From an uncultured Actinomycetes bacterium (GTDB lineage: Bacteria > Actinomycetota > Acidimicrobiia > Spongiisociales > DATADW01), in assembly GCA_963758695.1 (NCBI GenBank), contig CAVWWM010000002.1:1651-65650 (forward strand): 64,000 bases of DNA. The letters are read 5' to 3'. The position numbers and the translations under genes were made by a program. The notes under the pieces are model-generated. The model had not been told where the DNA came from, did not search any database, and worked only from the letters and a program-made list of their open reading frames with translations. Positions 9,714 to 22,340 of the stretch are shown here, in pieces (the stretch's first letter is position 1; every line of letters starts with the position of its first letter).

Positions 9714-10768
9714 GCTTGAAGTCCCGGTTGGTGGAGCGGATCCGATCCGATGGCCCGATTGGGTTCGACGCATTCATGGATGCGGCGCTCTACGACCCCC
9801 AGGGTGGGTATTTCACTACGGGTCCGCTTCGGTCGGTGAAGGCGGGGGACTTCCTCACCAGCCCCGAGGTGAGTGCCATGTTCGGTGAGACGCTGGCGGT
9901 GTTCGTCGAGACCGAGCGGGTGCGGGCTGGGCGACCCGCCAAAGTTCACCCTGGTCGAAGTTGGGGCGGGGTCCGGCTCGCTGCTGGCCCCGCTGCTCGC
10001 CGCCTTGGAAGGGCCGGTGGAGTCCTGGGCGGTCGAGGCTTCCCCCGCGGCGCGCTTCGCCCTCGAGGAGGTGGTGCCGGGGAGGGTGGTGGATTCCCTG
10101 GAGCAACTGCCGCAGGGATTCATCGGTGTGGTGATCGCCAATGAGTTGCTCGACAACCTCCCCAGCGCCATGGCGGTGCGGACCGCCACCGGATGGGATG
10201 AGCGACTGGTGGGAGAGGCCGACGCCACCCTGGTAGAGGTGACGGCACCGGCCAGGGCCGAGGTGGCGTCGTGGGCGGACCGTTTCGCCGGACCCGCCCC
10301 GGTCGGTTCGATCGTCGAGGTGCAACTGGCGGCGGGAGAGTGGCTGGGTTCGGCGTTGCAACTGCTCGAGCATGGCGCCGTGGTGGTGATCGACTACGGC
10401 GACAGCGCCGAGGGGCTGGCGCCGCGCCGGGCCCAGGGCACGATTCGGACCTATCGCGCCCACCACATCGGTCCCGACCCGCTCGAGGAGCCCGGAGACA
10501 CCGACATCACCGCAGACGTCAACTTCACCGCCCTGGCGGCGGTGGCCGAGGAGCAGGCGCCATCTTCGAGGTCCATCGCCAGGACGACTTCCTCGCCGGT
10601 CTCGGATTGCGGGGCCGTCTCAGCGAGTTGCGATATGAGGAGCTCGACCTGGCACGCACCGATGACGCCCTCGCCCGGCTCAGCGTCAGGTCGCGCCGCA
10701 CCGAGGCGGAGACCCTTCTCCACCCACGGGGGCTGGGCGACTTCAGGGTTATGGTCGTTCGCCGATGA
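9710..10768 (+). CDS. MidA/NDUFAF7-type (DUF185) SAM-dependent methyltransferase, two frame changes (~9925, ~10556)
   Basis: FMDAALYDPQGGYF, TLVEVGAGSGSL, VIANELLDNLP, VVIDYGD and IFEVHRQDDFLAGLG are spread over three frames. Start GTG overlaps the glgB stop (GTGA). Confidence 0.75.
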
Positions 10769-10815
10769 GGGTCCATCCGACCGAGGGGGAACCGGTGGGG
10801 CGGTATCGGCGTCCC

Positions 10816-11305
10816 ATGCGCATGAGGCGGTTGGCCATCGTTCTTGCGTTCGGCTGGGCACTCACCGCTTGCGGCGCCGGAGATCTTGCCGCGCCTACGC
10901 TCCCCGCTGAGGAGACGACCACGACCGAAAACACTGCCGAGCCGCCACCCACCACGGGACGCCCCGCTCCGAGCCTTCCTCCAAGTCGACCCTTCCCACC
11001 GTTGTGACCACCAGCACCCTTGGTGTGACCGGCGAGGTCCCGGCGCGCTTCCTCGATCCGGTGGTGGCCGACGCCGCGGCTCGCGCCGAGGTGGAGGAGT
11101 CTTCTGTGTGGTGCTCACCGCCGCAGCCATGCAGTGGCCTGACGGCTCGCTGGGCTGTCCTGAGCCCGGCGTCATGTATACCCAGGCGGTCGTCGACGGG
11201 TCACAGATCGTGGTCGAGGCGGGTGGCGAAACCTACGACTACCGACTCGACGGCAGCGGCAACTTCAGGCTCTGTGATTCGCCAGTCGGGAAGCTGAGCC
11301 CTTGA
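10816..11305 (+). CDS. small lipoprotein, two frame changes (~10995, ~11100)
   Basis: Signal/lipobox MRMRRLAIVLAFGWALTAC. Later parts GVTGEVPARFLDPVVADAAARAEVEESS and VVLTAAAMQWPDGSLGCPEPGVMYTQAVVDGSQIVVEAGGETYDYRLDGSGNFRLCDSP lie in other frames. Confidence 0.5.
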
Positions 11306-11594
11306 GTCTCGCGGCGACGAGGTGCCCGCCACGAAACGGCTCGCTCAATCGGCGAGGGTGATGGCCTTCGCCTCGTTGTTCCCCGGACCCGCCCCGGTAG
11401 AGGAGGAGGATCCCCGTCTCGGTGTTGTTGGTGTCGGACTCCGTGTCGTCGTCGCACCACGATGTCTCCCCCTCTTATCGAGTGTTCCGATCCCACCCCG
11501 ACCGGCAGCCCAACCATAAATCCAGGGCAAGGCATGAGCACAACGAAGGGGCCGGAATTCTCCGGCCCCTTCGCTGGTCAGTTGGCGGTGCGGT

Positions 11595-14623
<3,029 letters not shown>

Positions 14624-14856
14624 CTGAGACTCCTCCTCCACAGTCGAAATGTGTTGCGCACCGTGCAGCTTCCCTAAACCCAAGCCACCCGGCGCCTAAG
14701 ACCCTAGCAACGAGCGTTCTGGCTCGGCCCGAGTGGCATGATCGGCTTTTCGGCCAGACAGGTTGAGAGAGACCCGAACGGGCCGGGCCGATACGGGTAC
14801 CTCCGTATCGCGGATCATGAGTCGTCATATAGCAGCCGGCATTACCGTTTCCTTTC

Positions 14857-17800
14857 GTGGCAGAGCTCACCACCAGCACGCTGCTCTTCACGGACCTGGT
14901 GGCCTCCACCAACATCCGGGCCCAGGTGGGGGATGACGCCGCCGACCTGGTCCACGCGGAACACGACCGTGTTCTTCGCGAGGCGCTCGGAGCCACCGGC
15001 GGACGAGAGGTGAAGACCCTCGGCGATGGGCTCATGGCCGCCTTCCCCAGTGCCGCCGATGCCCTCACCGCAGCAATTCGGATCCAAGAGGGGATCGCCG
15101 CCCTCAATCAGGAGAAACCGGCAATGCCTCTCGCGGTGCGGGTCGGGGTCAACAGCGGGGAGGTATCCCACGCGGATGGCGACTACTCGGGGTTGCCGGT
15201 GGTGCTGGCGCAGCGCGCCTGCGAGCGGGCCAACGGTGGCCAGATTCTCATCACAGGTTTGGTTCGGTCCCTGGTGGGCTCGCGCCGCACGTTTCGTTTC
15301 ATCCCTAAGGGGCCATTGGCACTCAAGGGGGTGCCCGAGCCGGTGGATCTTTGGGAGCTGGACTGGCGGACACCCGGAGATGCCATGCCTCCTGCGCCGG
15401 ACGAGCCCATCCCCTTCCCTGCAGTGCTGGCACGCGCTGCGGTCACCTCCCTGGTGGGACGAGACGAGGCGCTGCGCCGTCTCGATGACGCCTTGGAGGG
15501 CGTCCGAACGGTGAACAGCGGATGGTGTTGGTTTCCGGGGAGCCCGGAATCGGGAAGAGTGCTCTCGCCGCCGTTTGGGCGCTCCACGCTGCCGAGGAAG
15601 GCGCCCTGGTGATGGCGGGCCGCAGCCCGGCGGAGGCGGTGACCTCGTATCAACCGTTCGTGGAGGCGATCCGTCCGGTGGTAACGGCCCGGCCGGGATT
15701 GATCGCCGGGGCCGGACCACGAGCCCACATGCTGGTTCGGCTCCTCCCCGACCTGGCAGATCGGCTGCCCAGGTCCGATGTACAGGCCGACCCCACCACC
15801 GAGCGCTACCTGCTCTTCGAGGCGGTCAGTGCACTGCTCGGTCGGCTCGCCGAGGAGTCCGCTTTGGTTCTGGTCCTCGACGACCTTCACTGGGCGGATA
15901 CGCCGTCGGTGGCGTTGCTGGAGCATCTCGCCCGTCACCCAGACCAGCCGCCGCTCTTGATGATTGGCACCTACCGGGACACCGACCTCAGCAGGTCTCA
16001 TCCGCTGGCCGCCACTCTCGGCGAGCTGCGGCGGGAGCGGCGCTTCGAGCGCATAACCCTCGATGGGCTCGATCGCACGCAGGTGAGCGAGCTCATCGCC
16101 GGCCTCATCGGCCGATCCGCCCCAGCTGACCTTGCGGCGTCGATCCATGCCGAGACCGAGGGGAACCCGTTTTTCGTTGAAGAGGTGGTGGCGCATCTTC
16201 TGGAGATGGGTGCGCTCGATCCCTCCGGCGACTGGCGCTCGGCGGTCCCCATCGAGGAGTGGGGCATACCCGAAGGCTTGCGGGAGGTGATCGGACGACG
16301 ACTGCAAAGACTGGAAGAGCCTGCTGCTCGCGTCCTGGGCTTCGCAGCAGTGATCGGGCGGGAGTTTGATCTCGATCTGTTGGAACAGATCGCCGACGAC
16401 CAACCCGGGGTGGTGGAGGACGCCGTCGATCATGCGGTAAGCGCCCGACTGCTCGTGGAGATAGGCGGACCGCACGGACGATTCGCCTTCTCGCACGCTC
16501 TCATTCGACAGACGCTCTACGAGGAGCTGCCGCCCACCCGCAGGATGCGAACCCACCGCCGGGTGGGCGATGCGCTCGCCGCCTCGGGCTCGCCCCCTGG
16601 TGAGCTGGCGCACCATTGGACGGCGGGTCACGACTTGCCTCGAGCGTTGCAGTCCTCGCTGGCGGCAGCCGCGGCAGCCGAGCAGGTATTCGCCTTCGAC
16701 GACGCGCGGCGTCACCTCGACCTGGCTCTCGAGATTTGGGACGACGTGAAGAACGCCGAGGAGGTGACTTCCACCGACCACATCGATCTGTTGCGCCGAG
16801 CCGCGGAGATGTGGTTCCTGACAGAGGCCGATGCCAGGGCAATCGAGCTCATCGAGCGAGCGATCGCCGACGTGGACAGCCGGGAGGAACCGGTACGAGC
16901 CGGTCTGTTGCACGAACGGCTGGCCCGCTACTGCTGGGTGGCGGGCCGGGGATCTGCGGCAGTTGCCGCCGGCGAAGAGGCGGTTCGCCTCATCCCTGCC
17001 ACCCCGGCTAGCCGGGAGCGGGCCACCGTCATGGCGTCGGTGGCGGGGATCCTCAATCTGATGGGCCACTACGAGGAGGCAGGACGCTACGCCGAGGAGG
17101 TCATCTCCCTGGCGCGGCTGGTGGGCGCCCGCAAGGTGGAAGGCCACGCCCTCACCACGCTGGGCTCGGTCGAGGGGGTCACCGGGAACCTGGCGCAAGG
17201 GATAGCGCACATCCGAGCGGGGCGGGAGCTGTCCGAGACCGAGTCGGCGGTCGACGACCTGATGCGCAGCTATGCGAACGCCTCCTTGATCCTCGACCGG
17301 GGGGGCAAGCTGCGGGAGGCAGCGGAGGAGGCGCTGGCGGGGGTGGAGTTGGAAGGGCGCCTCGGGCTGCATGGCAACTATGGGTTCTTCCACACGGCAA
17401 ATGCCGCTGGGTCGCTGATACGCCTGGGAGATTGGGAGGAAGCAGGGCGGCTTCTCGACTTCGAGGTCCCACCCGGAGCGAGGGCGGTGGCGGTATTCAA
17501 CGTGTTGTTCCAGCGCGCCATCCTGGCGGTCAGGCAGGGCCGTTTCGAGGAGGCCGAGACTCTCTACTCACGGTGGATGGAGGAGAGCCGGGAAGTGATC
17601 GACCCCAGGTCGTCGCCCCGATTCACGCAACCGGCGCTGAACTGGCGTTTTGGCAGGGTCGGCTCGAAGAGGGCCTGAGTCTGGTGTTGGAGGGAATCAA
17701 GCTGGTTGAGGGCACCGAGGACTGGTCCTACAGCCTTGCTCTATTCACGGTGGGTCTTGCCATCCTGGCTGACCTGACGGGAGAGCAACCGGAACGCATG

Positions 17801-18154
17801 GCTGAGTGGCGCGACGGGGCCGGTCGCATCTGGGATCTGGCGGCACCTGCTCCTGCGCTGAGTCCCGACATCCCAGCCCAGGTGGCGCTGTGTCGGGCCG
17901 AGTTGGGTCGAGTCGAGGGTCGGGCCGAGCCCGGATTGTGGGCGGATGCCGCAGCGCTGTGGGCTGTCATTCCGCAACCCTATGAGGAGGCTTATGCCCG
18001 CTTCCGTCAGGCGGAGGCGTTGGCAGAAGCCGGCAGCCCGGCCGAGGCGGCAGTCCTCTTGGATGAGGCTCGGACCACGGTGCGCCGGTTGGGAGCACGC
18101 CCATTGGAGAACCTGATCGACCAGCTTGCGACGAGGTTCCAGGTGGAGCTTTGA
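14857..18154 (+). CDS. class III adenylate/guanylate cyclase domain fused to AAA(P-loop) STAND ATPase and TPR-like repeats, two frame changes (~15508, ~17606)
   Basis: Cyclase motifs LLFTDLVASTN and VKTLGDGLMAAF. P-loop VLVSGEPGIGKSAL, Walker B LVLVLDDLHWAD, and a long helical-repeat C-terminus. No HTH seen at the end. Confidence 0.8.
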
Positions 18155-18196
18155 CCGCTCGTTCTATGCACGGATGGTCGATACGCTGAAATCGCC

Positions 18197-19048
18197 ATGA
18201 ACAACTTGAAGACCGTCGCCCTGCTCGGCTTTCTCAGTGCCCTCGTGGTGCTGCTCGCTCAGGTATTCGGGCTATCGGCTTGGGCCGGTCTCGGCATCGC
18301 CGCCGGGCTCAACCTCCTCATGTACTTCTTCTCGGACCGGATAGCCCTCTCCTCGAGCGGGGCCCGTCCGGTAACCGAGCAGCAGTTGCCCGAGGTGTAC
18401 GCCGTCGTCCGCCGGCTGGCGGCGGCGCAAGGCATGCCGATGCCTGCCATCTACTACATCAATTCGCCCCAACCCAACGCGTTCGCCACCGGTCGCAGCC
18501 CGAGCCGAGCCGCAGTGGCCGTCACCTCCGGGATCCTCCAGACCATGGCACCCGGCGAGCTCGAAGGTGTCCTCGCCCACGAGCTGGCTCATGTGCGCAA
18601 CCGGGACATCCTCATCTCGACCATCGCCGCCGTTCTGGCAGCAGCGCTGTCGGTGTTCGTCCGGTTTGGCTTCTTCTTCGGCGGGGGGAGGCGCGACGAC
18701 TTGGGCAACCCGGTGGGGGCGATCCTCGCTCTGGCGAGCATCATCCTCGTCCCGCTCGCCGCCATGCTGATCCGGCTCGCCATTTCCCGCGCCAGGGAGT
18801 ACGAGGCCGACGCATCCGGCGCCCGTGTCACCGGCGAGCCGCTGGCGTTGGCCTCGGCCCTGGAGAAGATCGGTATGGCCAGCGCCCGGATCCCCATGAA
18901 CGTCAACCCGGCGTTCGCCGAGCTCTACATCGAGAACCCGGCCAAGGCGATCAACCGCCGTGGAGTGACCCAGTTGTTCTCTACCCACCCGCCGATCGAG
19001 GACAGGATCCGGCGGCTGCGTGAGATGGCCTCCGCCTCTGCCAACTGA
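18197..19048 (+). CDS. htpX: M48 zinc metalloprotease HtpX
   Basis: Membrane N-terminus, HELAHVRNRD (HExxH), EYEADASGA and STHPPIEDRIRRL C-terminal motif. Confidence 0.9.
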   Translation: MNNLKTVALLGFLSALVVLLAQVFGLSAWAGLGIAAGLNLLMYFFSDRIALSSSGARPVTEQQLPEVYAVVRRLAAAQGMPMPAIYYINSPQPNAFATGRSPSRAAVAVTSGILQTMAPGELEGVLAHELAHVRNRDILISTIAAVLAAALSVFVRFGFFFGGGRRDDLGNPVGAILALASIILVPLAAMLIRLAISRAREYEADASGARVTGEPLALASALEKIGMASARIPMNVNPAFAELYIENPAKAINRRGVTQLFSTHPPIEDRIRRLREMASASAN

Positions 19049-19052
19049 CCGA

Positions 19053-19091
19053 CTTCACCCCACCGGTGCGGGGCTTCACCCCACCGGTGCC
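19053..19091. repeat. 22-bp tandem duplication (cttcaccccaccggtgc x2) at convergent gene ends
   Basis: Copies at 19053-19069 and 19075-19091. The second copy encodes the last codons and stop of the PhyH gene on the minus strand. Confidence 0.7.
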
Positions 19092-19813
19092 CGTCCCCCA
19101 ACGTATGCCGGTTCGGCCAGGAGCCGTTGCCGTTCGGTGAGCATTGGAGTCACCTCGGTGGGGACAGATGGGCGGCGGTCCCAGGCCGAGTTCCCCGGGC
19201 TGTACTTGTAGAGGAGATGTCGCCGCTCGTGGGTGGCGGTCCAGGGGAGCGTCCCATGGGTGAGGGCTTCGGTGAAGATCACCACGTCGCCGGCCCGGTG
19301 GGCAACCTGTTGGACCAGCCTCGTCGGCACTTGAGTGGGGCGGGGGAACGCACCTTTGTGACTCCCGGGGACGGCGCAGAAACCGCCCTGGCCGGGTGGT
19401 GAGTCGACCAGCGCCCAGGAGACCACGCACAGCCCATTGTGCATCCGGCCGTTCTCGGTGACGTAGTACTGCGAGCGATCGAAGGGGACACCCCCACCAT
19501 GGAGCCCGAGCCCCGAGGTCCCCGGCGCCATGACGATCCCATAGGCATGGTCGAGCCGGACGTTCGGTCCGCACAGATCGACCATGACAGGTAGGACCGC
19601 TGGATGGTCGATGAGCGTGCGACAAGCCTCGTCCCACCCGAGGAACACGTTGCCAAAGCGCTGGCTCCGTACGGTCTCACCGGGAGGCGGCAGCTGCTGT
19701 TTCTCCCAGACACTGTTGAGGTGAGCCACCTCGTCAGCCGAGAGAACCCCTTCGAGGAGGATGTATCCCTCTAAGTCGAACAGGTATCGCTGGAGATCGG
19801 TGAGGCCGGGCAT
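19076..19813 (-). CDS. phytanoyl-CoA dioxygenase (PhyH) family Fe(II)/2-oxoglutarate oxygenase
   Basis: 245-aa ORF with LFDLEGYILLEGVL, VRLDHAYGIV and GGFCAVPGSHK...GDVVIFTEALTHG (His/Asp...His-type facial triad context). Confidence 0.75.
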   Translation of the reverse strand: MPGLTDLQRYLFDLEGYILLEGVLSADEVAHLNSVWEKQQLPPPGETVRSQRFGNVFLGWDEACRTLIDHPAVLPVMVDLCGPNVRLDHAYGIVMAPGTSGLGLHGGGVPFDRSQYYVTENGRMHNGLCVVSWALVDSPPGQGGFCAVPGSHKGAFPRPTQVPTRLVQQVAHRAGDVVIFTEALTHGTLPWTATHERRHLLYKYSPGNSAWDRRPSVPTEVTPMLTERQRLLAEPAYVGGRAPVG

Positions 19814-19894
19814 CCGGGCAAGCTAGCCACGGACCATCTTGGACCACGCCCCCAACCGTCCCGTAGGTGCCTCTCGCTAACCTGTCCGCCCCCT

Positions 19895-19976
19895 GCCGGG
19901 ATACCCAAGCGGCCAAAGGGAGCAGACTGTAAATCTGCCGGCTCAGCCTTCGGAGGTTCAAATCCTTCTCCCGGCA
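19895..19976 (+). tRNA. tRNA-Tyr (GTA), long variable arm, CCA not encoded
   Basis: Acceptor GCCGGGA/TCCCGGC, anticodon stem-loop GCAGA-CTGTAAA-TCTGC, T arm GGAGG-TTCAAAT-CCTTC. Confidence 0.85.
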
Positions 19977-20062
19977 CGACAAGCCAGAACGTCCGGAAAC
20001 TGCCGTTTACCAGGCAGTTTCGTGCCCGCGTTGCCTTTCTGTGGCTTTCGCCGTTCTGGTCG

Positions 20063-20620
20063 TCACGCCAGGTCCGGCTCGGCAACCTCACCGGCGTCGG
20101 CGGCTTGGGCATCGGCAGCATCGGCGGCCTCGGAACCGGCGAGGTACTTGATCAGGTCGTTCGAGTGGGTGATCGGCAGGCGATTGCCTTCCAACTCGAT
20201 CCTGGCTCCGGTCTCGGGCTGCACCAGCTCGAGCGTCCGTACGTTCACCCGACCGTGCACCTTGATCTCCAGCCCTCGGCGGGCGACCCGGAACAGGAGC
20301 TCGTCTGGCACGTCCTTCCTGCCCATTTTCGCCAATGGGAACCCGTAGATCGTCGATGCCGACGCACCGACGAGCATCTGGCTAGGCAGGCCGCTGGAAG
20401 CGGCGTTGGCCGCGATACCGGCGACTGCGCCGACGCCTAATCCGATCGCGTCGCCCACGTCGCCGAATGCGCCGCCGACCTCACTGCCGATCATGCCGCC
20501 CGCGAACAGCGCCCCACTCTGACCTCTCGGCTCGAACTGACCAACCTCCTCGATCCGGTCGTCGATCTCCATGCGATCGAGGGCGGTTTGGACTGCGGCG
20601 ATCATGTCTTTCTCGGCCAT
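20063..20620 (-). CDS. hypothetical protein (Gly-rich central segment), sole gene between tRNA-Tyr and its partial copy
   Basis: 185-aa intact ORF. It has a GGMIGSEVGGAFGDVGDAIGLGVGAVAGIAANAA segment followed by a beta-rich C-terminal half. No family recognised. Confidence 0.5.
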   Translation of the reverse strand: MAEKDMIAAVQTALDRMEIDDRIEEVGQFEPRGQSGALFAGGMIGSEVGGAFGDVGDAIGLGVGAVAGIAANAASSGLPSQMLVGASASTIYGFPLAKMGRKDVPDELLFRVARRGLEIKVHGRVNVRTLELVQPETGARIELEGNRLPITHSNDLIKYLAGSEAADAADAQAADAGEVAEPDLA

Positions 20621-20667
20621 GAACCGAACCTAGACGGCCCGCGGTGATGGGGTGACCGGCTGGCTGC

Positions 20668-20714
20668 AAAATCTGCCGGCTCAGCCTCCGAGGTTCAATT
20701 CCTTCTCCCGGCAC
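20668..20714 (+). repeat. degenerate copy of the 3' half of tRNA-Tyr (att-like direct repeat)
   Basis: aaatctgccggctcagcctccgaggttcaattccttctcccggcac matches 19931-19977 of the intact tRNA. The differences are 2 substitutions and a 1-nt deletion. No 5' half is present upstream. Confidence 0.8.
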
Positions 20715-20719
20715 TCCTT

Positions 20720-22279
20720 CTATGGTGGGCCTAGTCGGTCGAAGGCGCGTCCCAGCGTCTTTCGGTAGAGCGGGGCAACCGTGTCCACGAGTAGATAGCC
20801 GCAGAGGACGCCTACGGCGATTGCGATCATGGCGCCGACGGTGCTCAGGAAGTCCTCGAGTCCGGAAATCGGGTTGTCGGTGAGGTATTCGGTAACGCCG
20901 ATCACCCCGAGCGCTCCCGGCACGAGCAGCCAGAACCCGGGAAGAAACGAGACCAGCGCCGGGGGCCCGAAATGGGTGTTCTCCACGAGGCGCGCCACCG
21001 GTGTCATGGCTAGGGCCCCAAGGAAGCCGCCGACGAATCCACCGCCGAGCTGGTTTCCCACCTGTTGCCCGAGAAAGGCGACTAGGAGCACCAGAAACAG
21101 CCCTGGTAGGGACCTGCGGGGCGGCGAGTAGTAGGCCGCCACCCCGACCCCGAACACCATCGCACCGAGCCACGGCGCCCACCATCCGAAGGTGTTCTGA
21201 GGTATGTCGACAAGCCCTGCCGATGGCAGCCCCACTAGCTCGGCCGCAACAAGGATTCCTGCAGCAAGTAGGACCAGTTGCAGAGCTCCCGAGACAAGGC
21301 GACTAGCACCAGCTACCAGTTGCCCGGACGACAGCTCGATGACAGACATGGTTAGCGCGGCGCCGGGTAGGAACGTTACAAGTGGGGCAATCATCGCCCG
21401 GAGGTTCGCATTGCCCCAGCCTTCGTTGGCCAGCGCGAAAGTGAGGGCCGAAACGATGAATGCGGCGGCGATCGGCATGAGAGGTTGAGCCCGCGCCCAC
21501 CTGCCGCCCACCAGCTTGAGGACACCTACGAGGGCCCCGAAGAAGGCGGCCAGAGCAAGGTCCGCACCGGTCGGCTGCAATATGAGGCACAGCCCGACTG
21601 TCAACAACACGTGCCCAAATAGCGTCAGGGGCAGGGAATAGCGGGGACGGCTCGACATAGCCGCTTGGACCTCGTGGATACCCTCGGCGGGCTCGATCTC
21701 CGCTCGCCTGGCGCGCTTCAGGATGTCGTAGAGCTTTGAGGTTTGGTCGAGCCGGAGTGCCCCACGTGACTGGAAGGTCGGCTCCAGTGTGGCTGGTCGG
21801 TTTGGGTCGAGTGCGACGAAGATGAAGGTGGGGAGAACCGCGAACCTCGCCTCCGGAGCCCCGTAGGCCGATGCCACGACCCAGAGGTGATCCTCGATCT
21901 CGTTGACTGCCCCACCGGCGACTGTTAAACCGCTCCCAAGGTAGAGGAGGAACTGTTGCAGGGCCTCCTCGCGTGAGTGTGAATCGTCTGCAGGGGTTTG
22001 GTCGGGTGGGCTCGTTCCGTTTCCCACTTGGTCCGGTTCCCTTGTGGGGTCTTTCACGATGAGGACGGCGCGGCCGTCACGCACCACCCCATTGATCGTC
22101 GCCTCGTGAATCTGGGTGCAGATGTCGGTCCACCACGACTGGGCGGATGCTACCGAATGCGTTTGTGTGCCCAGCGCCGGGCGCGCCCTGCGGACAGGAG
22201 GCTTGACGCTTCCGAGATCGAGGAGACGATTCTCATAGGCGCTGCCACTCCAAGACCTCGCCGAAGTCACATCTTTCAC
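20720..22279 (-). CDS. ThrE-type threonine/serine exporter family membrane protein (start uncertain)
   Basis: Soluble N-terminal part, then about 10 hydrophobic segments. LGSGLTVAGGAVNEIEDHL and ...LLVPGALGVIGV motifs fit the DUF1212+DUF3815 architecture. Confidence 0.65.
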   Translation of the reverse strand: MKDVTSARSWSGSAYENRLLDLGSVKPPVRRARPALGTQTHSVASAQSWWTDICTQIHEATINGVVRDGRAVLIVKDPTREPDQVGNGTSPPDQTPADDSHSREEALQQFLLYLGSGLTVAGGAVNEIEDHLWVVASAYGAPEARFAVLPTFIFVALDPNRPATLEPTFQSRGALRLDQTSKLYDILKRARRAEIEPAEGIHEVQAAMSSRPRYSLPLTLFGHVLLTVGLCLILQPTGADLALAAFFGALVGVLKLVGGRWARAQPLMPIAAAFIVSALTFALANEGWGNANLRAMIAPLVTFLPGAALTMSVIELSSGQLVAGASRLVSGALQLVLLAAGILVAAELVGLPSAGLVDIPQNTFGWWAPWLGAMVFGVGVAAYYSPPRRSLPGLFLVLLVAFLGQQVGNQLGGGFVGGFLGALAMTPVARLVENTHFGPPALVSFLPGFWLLVPGALGVIGVTEYLTDNPISGLEDFLSTVGAMIAIAVGVLCGYLLVDTVAPLYRKTLGRAFDRLGPP

Positions 22280-22340
22280 TGGGCACCGCCCGAATAGAGT
22301 CGCCTGGCTAAGACCGCTTCAGAGACAGCGAGGCGCCCAG

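Noticed and set aside
15183-17393. 736-aa ORF on the minus strand
   Set aside because: It is antisense to the cyclase-AAA-TPR gene, whose P-loop and Walker B motifs are clear. The translation is Arg/Pro/Gly-rich with no motif. This is a typical GC-rich shadow ORF.
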